From Thermosulfurimonas dismutans (GTDB lineage: Bacteria; Desulfobacterota; Thermodesulfobacteria; Thermodesulfobacteriales; Thermodesulfobacteriaceae), in the NCBI RefSeq assembly GCF_001652585.1, contig NZ_LWLG01000001.1:30001-62000 (forward strand): DNA of 32,000 nucleotides, in the 5' to 3' direction. The translations under genes and the position numbers were made by a program. Each line of letters starts with the position of its first letter. The stretch's first letter is position 1. Shown piece after piece: positions 31,042 through 32,000 of this stretch. Under the pieces are notes generated by a model. The model saw only the letters and a program-made list of their open reading frames with translations, made no database searches and was not told where the DNA came from.

Positions 31042-31652
31042 AAGAGCTAGCCCTTAATGGCCTTACCATAAGGATCTACCTTACCTTGGAGGTCGCGCCC
31101 CCCCTTTTACTCCTCCCTTCGGGAGAAAATGACTTTGCCCTTTATGAGTCCTTGGCCAAGAAATTTTGGCTCGAAAACTTTACGGTTTTTCTGTTTCCCC
31201 CTGAAGGGGAATGGGAAGATTTGAGAATCGGCTTTGAAAAATTAAAAAACTTTTTAAAAGATCGCGGAAGACTTTTGAGCTTCTGGGTATGGGGAGAAGG
31301 TAAAGGTACTCTTTGGGCCTTAAAACTGGCTCACAACTTTTCCACCGATATTGCGGGGCTCGTACTGGACAGCTTGCGGCCTGAGGACAAGACCGAGGCC
31401 GCGGAATATTTAAAAAGCCTTCGCAAACCCCACCTGATGCTCCATCCCCAATTGGACTCTACCTTTCCCTTCACGGAGGCCGAAAGAATGTTTATCTTAT
31501 CTCCAGCCCATGCGAAAAAGCTCCTTCTTATGCCGGGCATGCAGAGGGGGGAGACCATCGTGAAAGGGGGCGATCTCTACATCCAGACCATAACCGAGTT
31601 CATCAATCCTCGGGTGGGACGCTGGGCGAGGGAAAGAAAAACTCACCATTAA
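31020..31652 (+). CDS. Hypothetical protein, possibly alpha/beta-hydrolase-fold without the nucleophile serine
   Basis: The beta-strand/helix alternation, and WVWGEGKGTLWALKLA at the position of a nucleophile elbow (G-x-S-x-G replaced by G-E-G-K-G), suggest this fold. The fold assignment is weak. Confidence 0.5.
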   Translation: MEGPTHIEELALNGLTIRIYLTLEVAPPLLLLPSGENDFALYESLAKKFWLENFTVFLFPPEGEWEDLRIGFEKLKNFLKDRGRLLSFWVWGEGKGTLWALKLAHNFSTDIAGLVLDSLRPEDKTEAAEYLKSLRKPHLMLHPQLDSTFPFTEAERMFILSPAHAKKLLLMPGMQRGETIVKGGDLYIQTITEFINPRVGRWARERKTHH

Positions 31653-31666
31653 GGGGGTGAATCTTT

Positions 31667-32000
31667 ATGTCCAAAAAGGGTGAAAGATGGATACGGGAGA
31701 CTCAAGAATATCAGAATACGGATGATCCCTATCTTTCCGACAAGGCCCCTTCGGGGGAAGCCCTCTGTCCCAAGTGTCATGCCGTTTTCCGAGACAAACG
31801 TTGGCTAGTGGACGAGGCCTTTTATGAGGAGTTCAAGGATACCGATTTTGTCCCCAAGATCCTCTGTCCGGGATGTCGCAAGGTCAACGAACGTTATGCC
31901 ATGGGTTACGTTTATCTTTCGGGGCCGTTTTTTGAAAAACATCGGGATGAAATCATGCGTCTCATCCATAACGAATATGAACGGGCCCGGGAAAACAACC
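31667..32000 (+). CDS. Zinc-ribbon (2x CxxC) protein, N-terminal part, runs off the right edge
   Basis: Not in the track because the frame is open to the window edge. The ATG at 31667 follows AAGGGGGTGA. Own translation: MSKKGERWIRETQEYQNTDDPYLSDKAPSGEALCPKCHAVFRDKRWLVDEAFYEEF...ILCPGCRKVNERYAMGYVYLSGPFFEKH. This resembles NMD3-like bacterial zinc-ribbon proteins. The family call is tentative. Confidence 0.6.
   Translation, partial: MSKKGERWIRETQEYQNTDDPYLSDKAPSGEALCPKCHAVFRDKRWLVDEAFYEEFKDTDFVPKILCPGCRKVNERYAMGYVYLSGPFFEKHRDEIMRLIHNEYERARENN

Noticed and set aside
1-32000. CRISPR arrays, IS elements or transposases, rRNA
   Set aside because: I saw no regularly spaced short repeats, no terminal inverted repeats flanking a transposase-like ORF, and no rRNA-like sequence on either strand.

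Overview
All calls below come from reading the sequence and ORF track by eye. No database search or program was run, so family assignments rest on motif recognition.

The window has three parts.

(1) 1-10.7 kb is housekeeping chromosome. It carries aspS (partial), pyrR, thiC, a TetR regulator coupled to two paralogous small lipoproteins, an IMPase-family gene, a NUDIX hydrolase, a REC-GGDEF response regulator, an RNB exoribonuclease, and hisA-lipoprotein-hisB.

(2) 10.78-27.88 kb is a ~17.1-kb genomic island integrated into tRNA-Leu(CAG).
- It is bounded by an exact 28-bp direct repeat of the tRNA 3' end (10775-10802 and 27853-27880).
- It carries a zinc-ribbon tyrosine integrase and an orphan Dam-like methyltransferase.
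- A decayed stretch follows: a Lon-like AAA+ module without a protease domain, the C-terminal fragment of an SMC/YhaN-like ATPase, and a frameshifted MNT plus truncated HEPN toxin-antitoxin pair.
- An intact type I R-M operon (hsdR-hsdM ... hsdS) is expanded to ~10 kb by five co-directional, translationally coupled passenger genes: hicB-hicA, a 281-aa HEPN-like ORF, a 220-aa ORF and a ~940-aa all-helical ORF.
- An RHH-PIN toxin-antitoxin pair sits at the right edge.

(3) 27.9-32 kb is chromosome again: a degenerate DEAD-box-like protein, an AICARFT-only purH-like gene and three poorly characterised ORFs.

The best candidate for an undescribed system is the set of unknown genes wired into the type I R-M operon. 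These are ORF281 upstream of hsdS and the ORF220/ORF941 pair downstream. They lie in an AT-rich block that contrasts with the rest of the island. hsdS itself looks chimeric.
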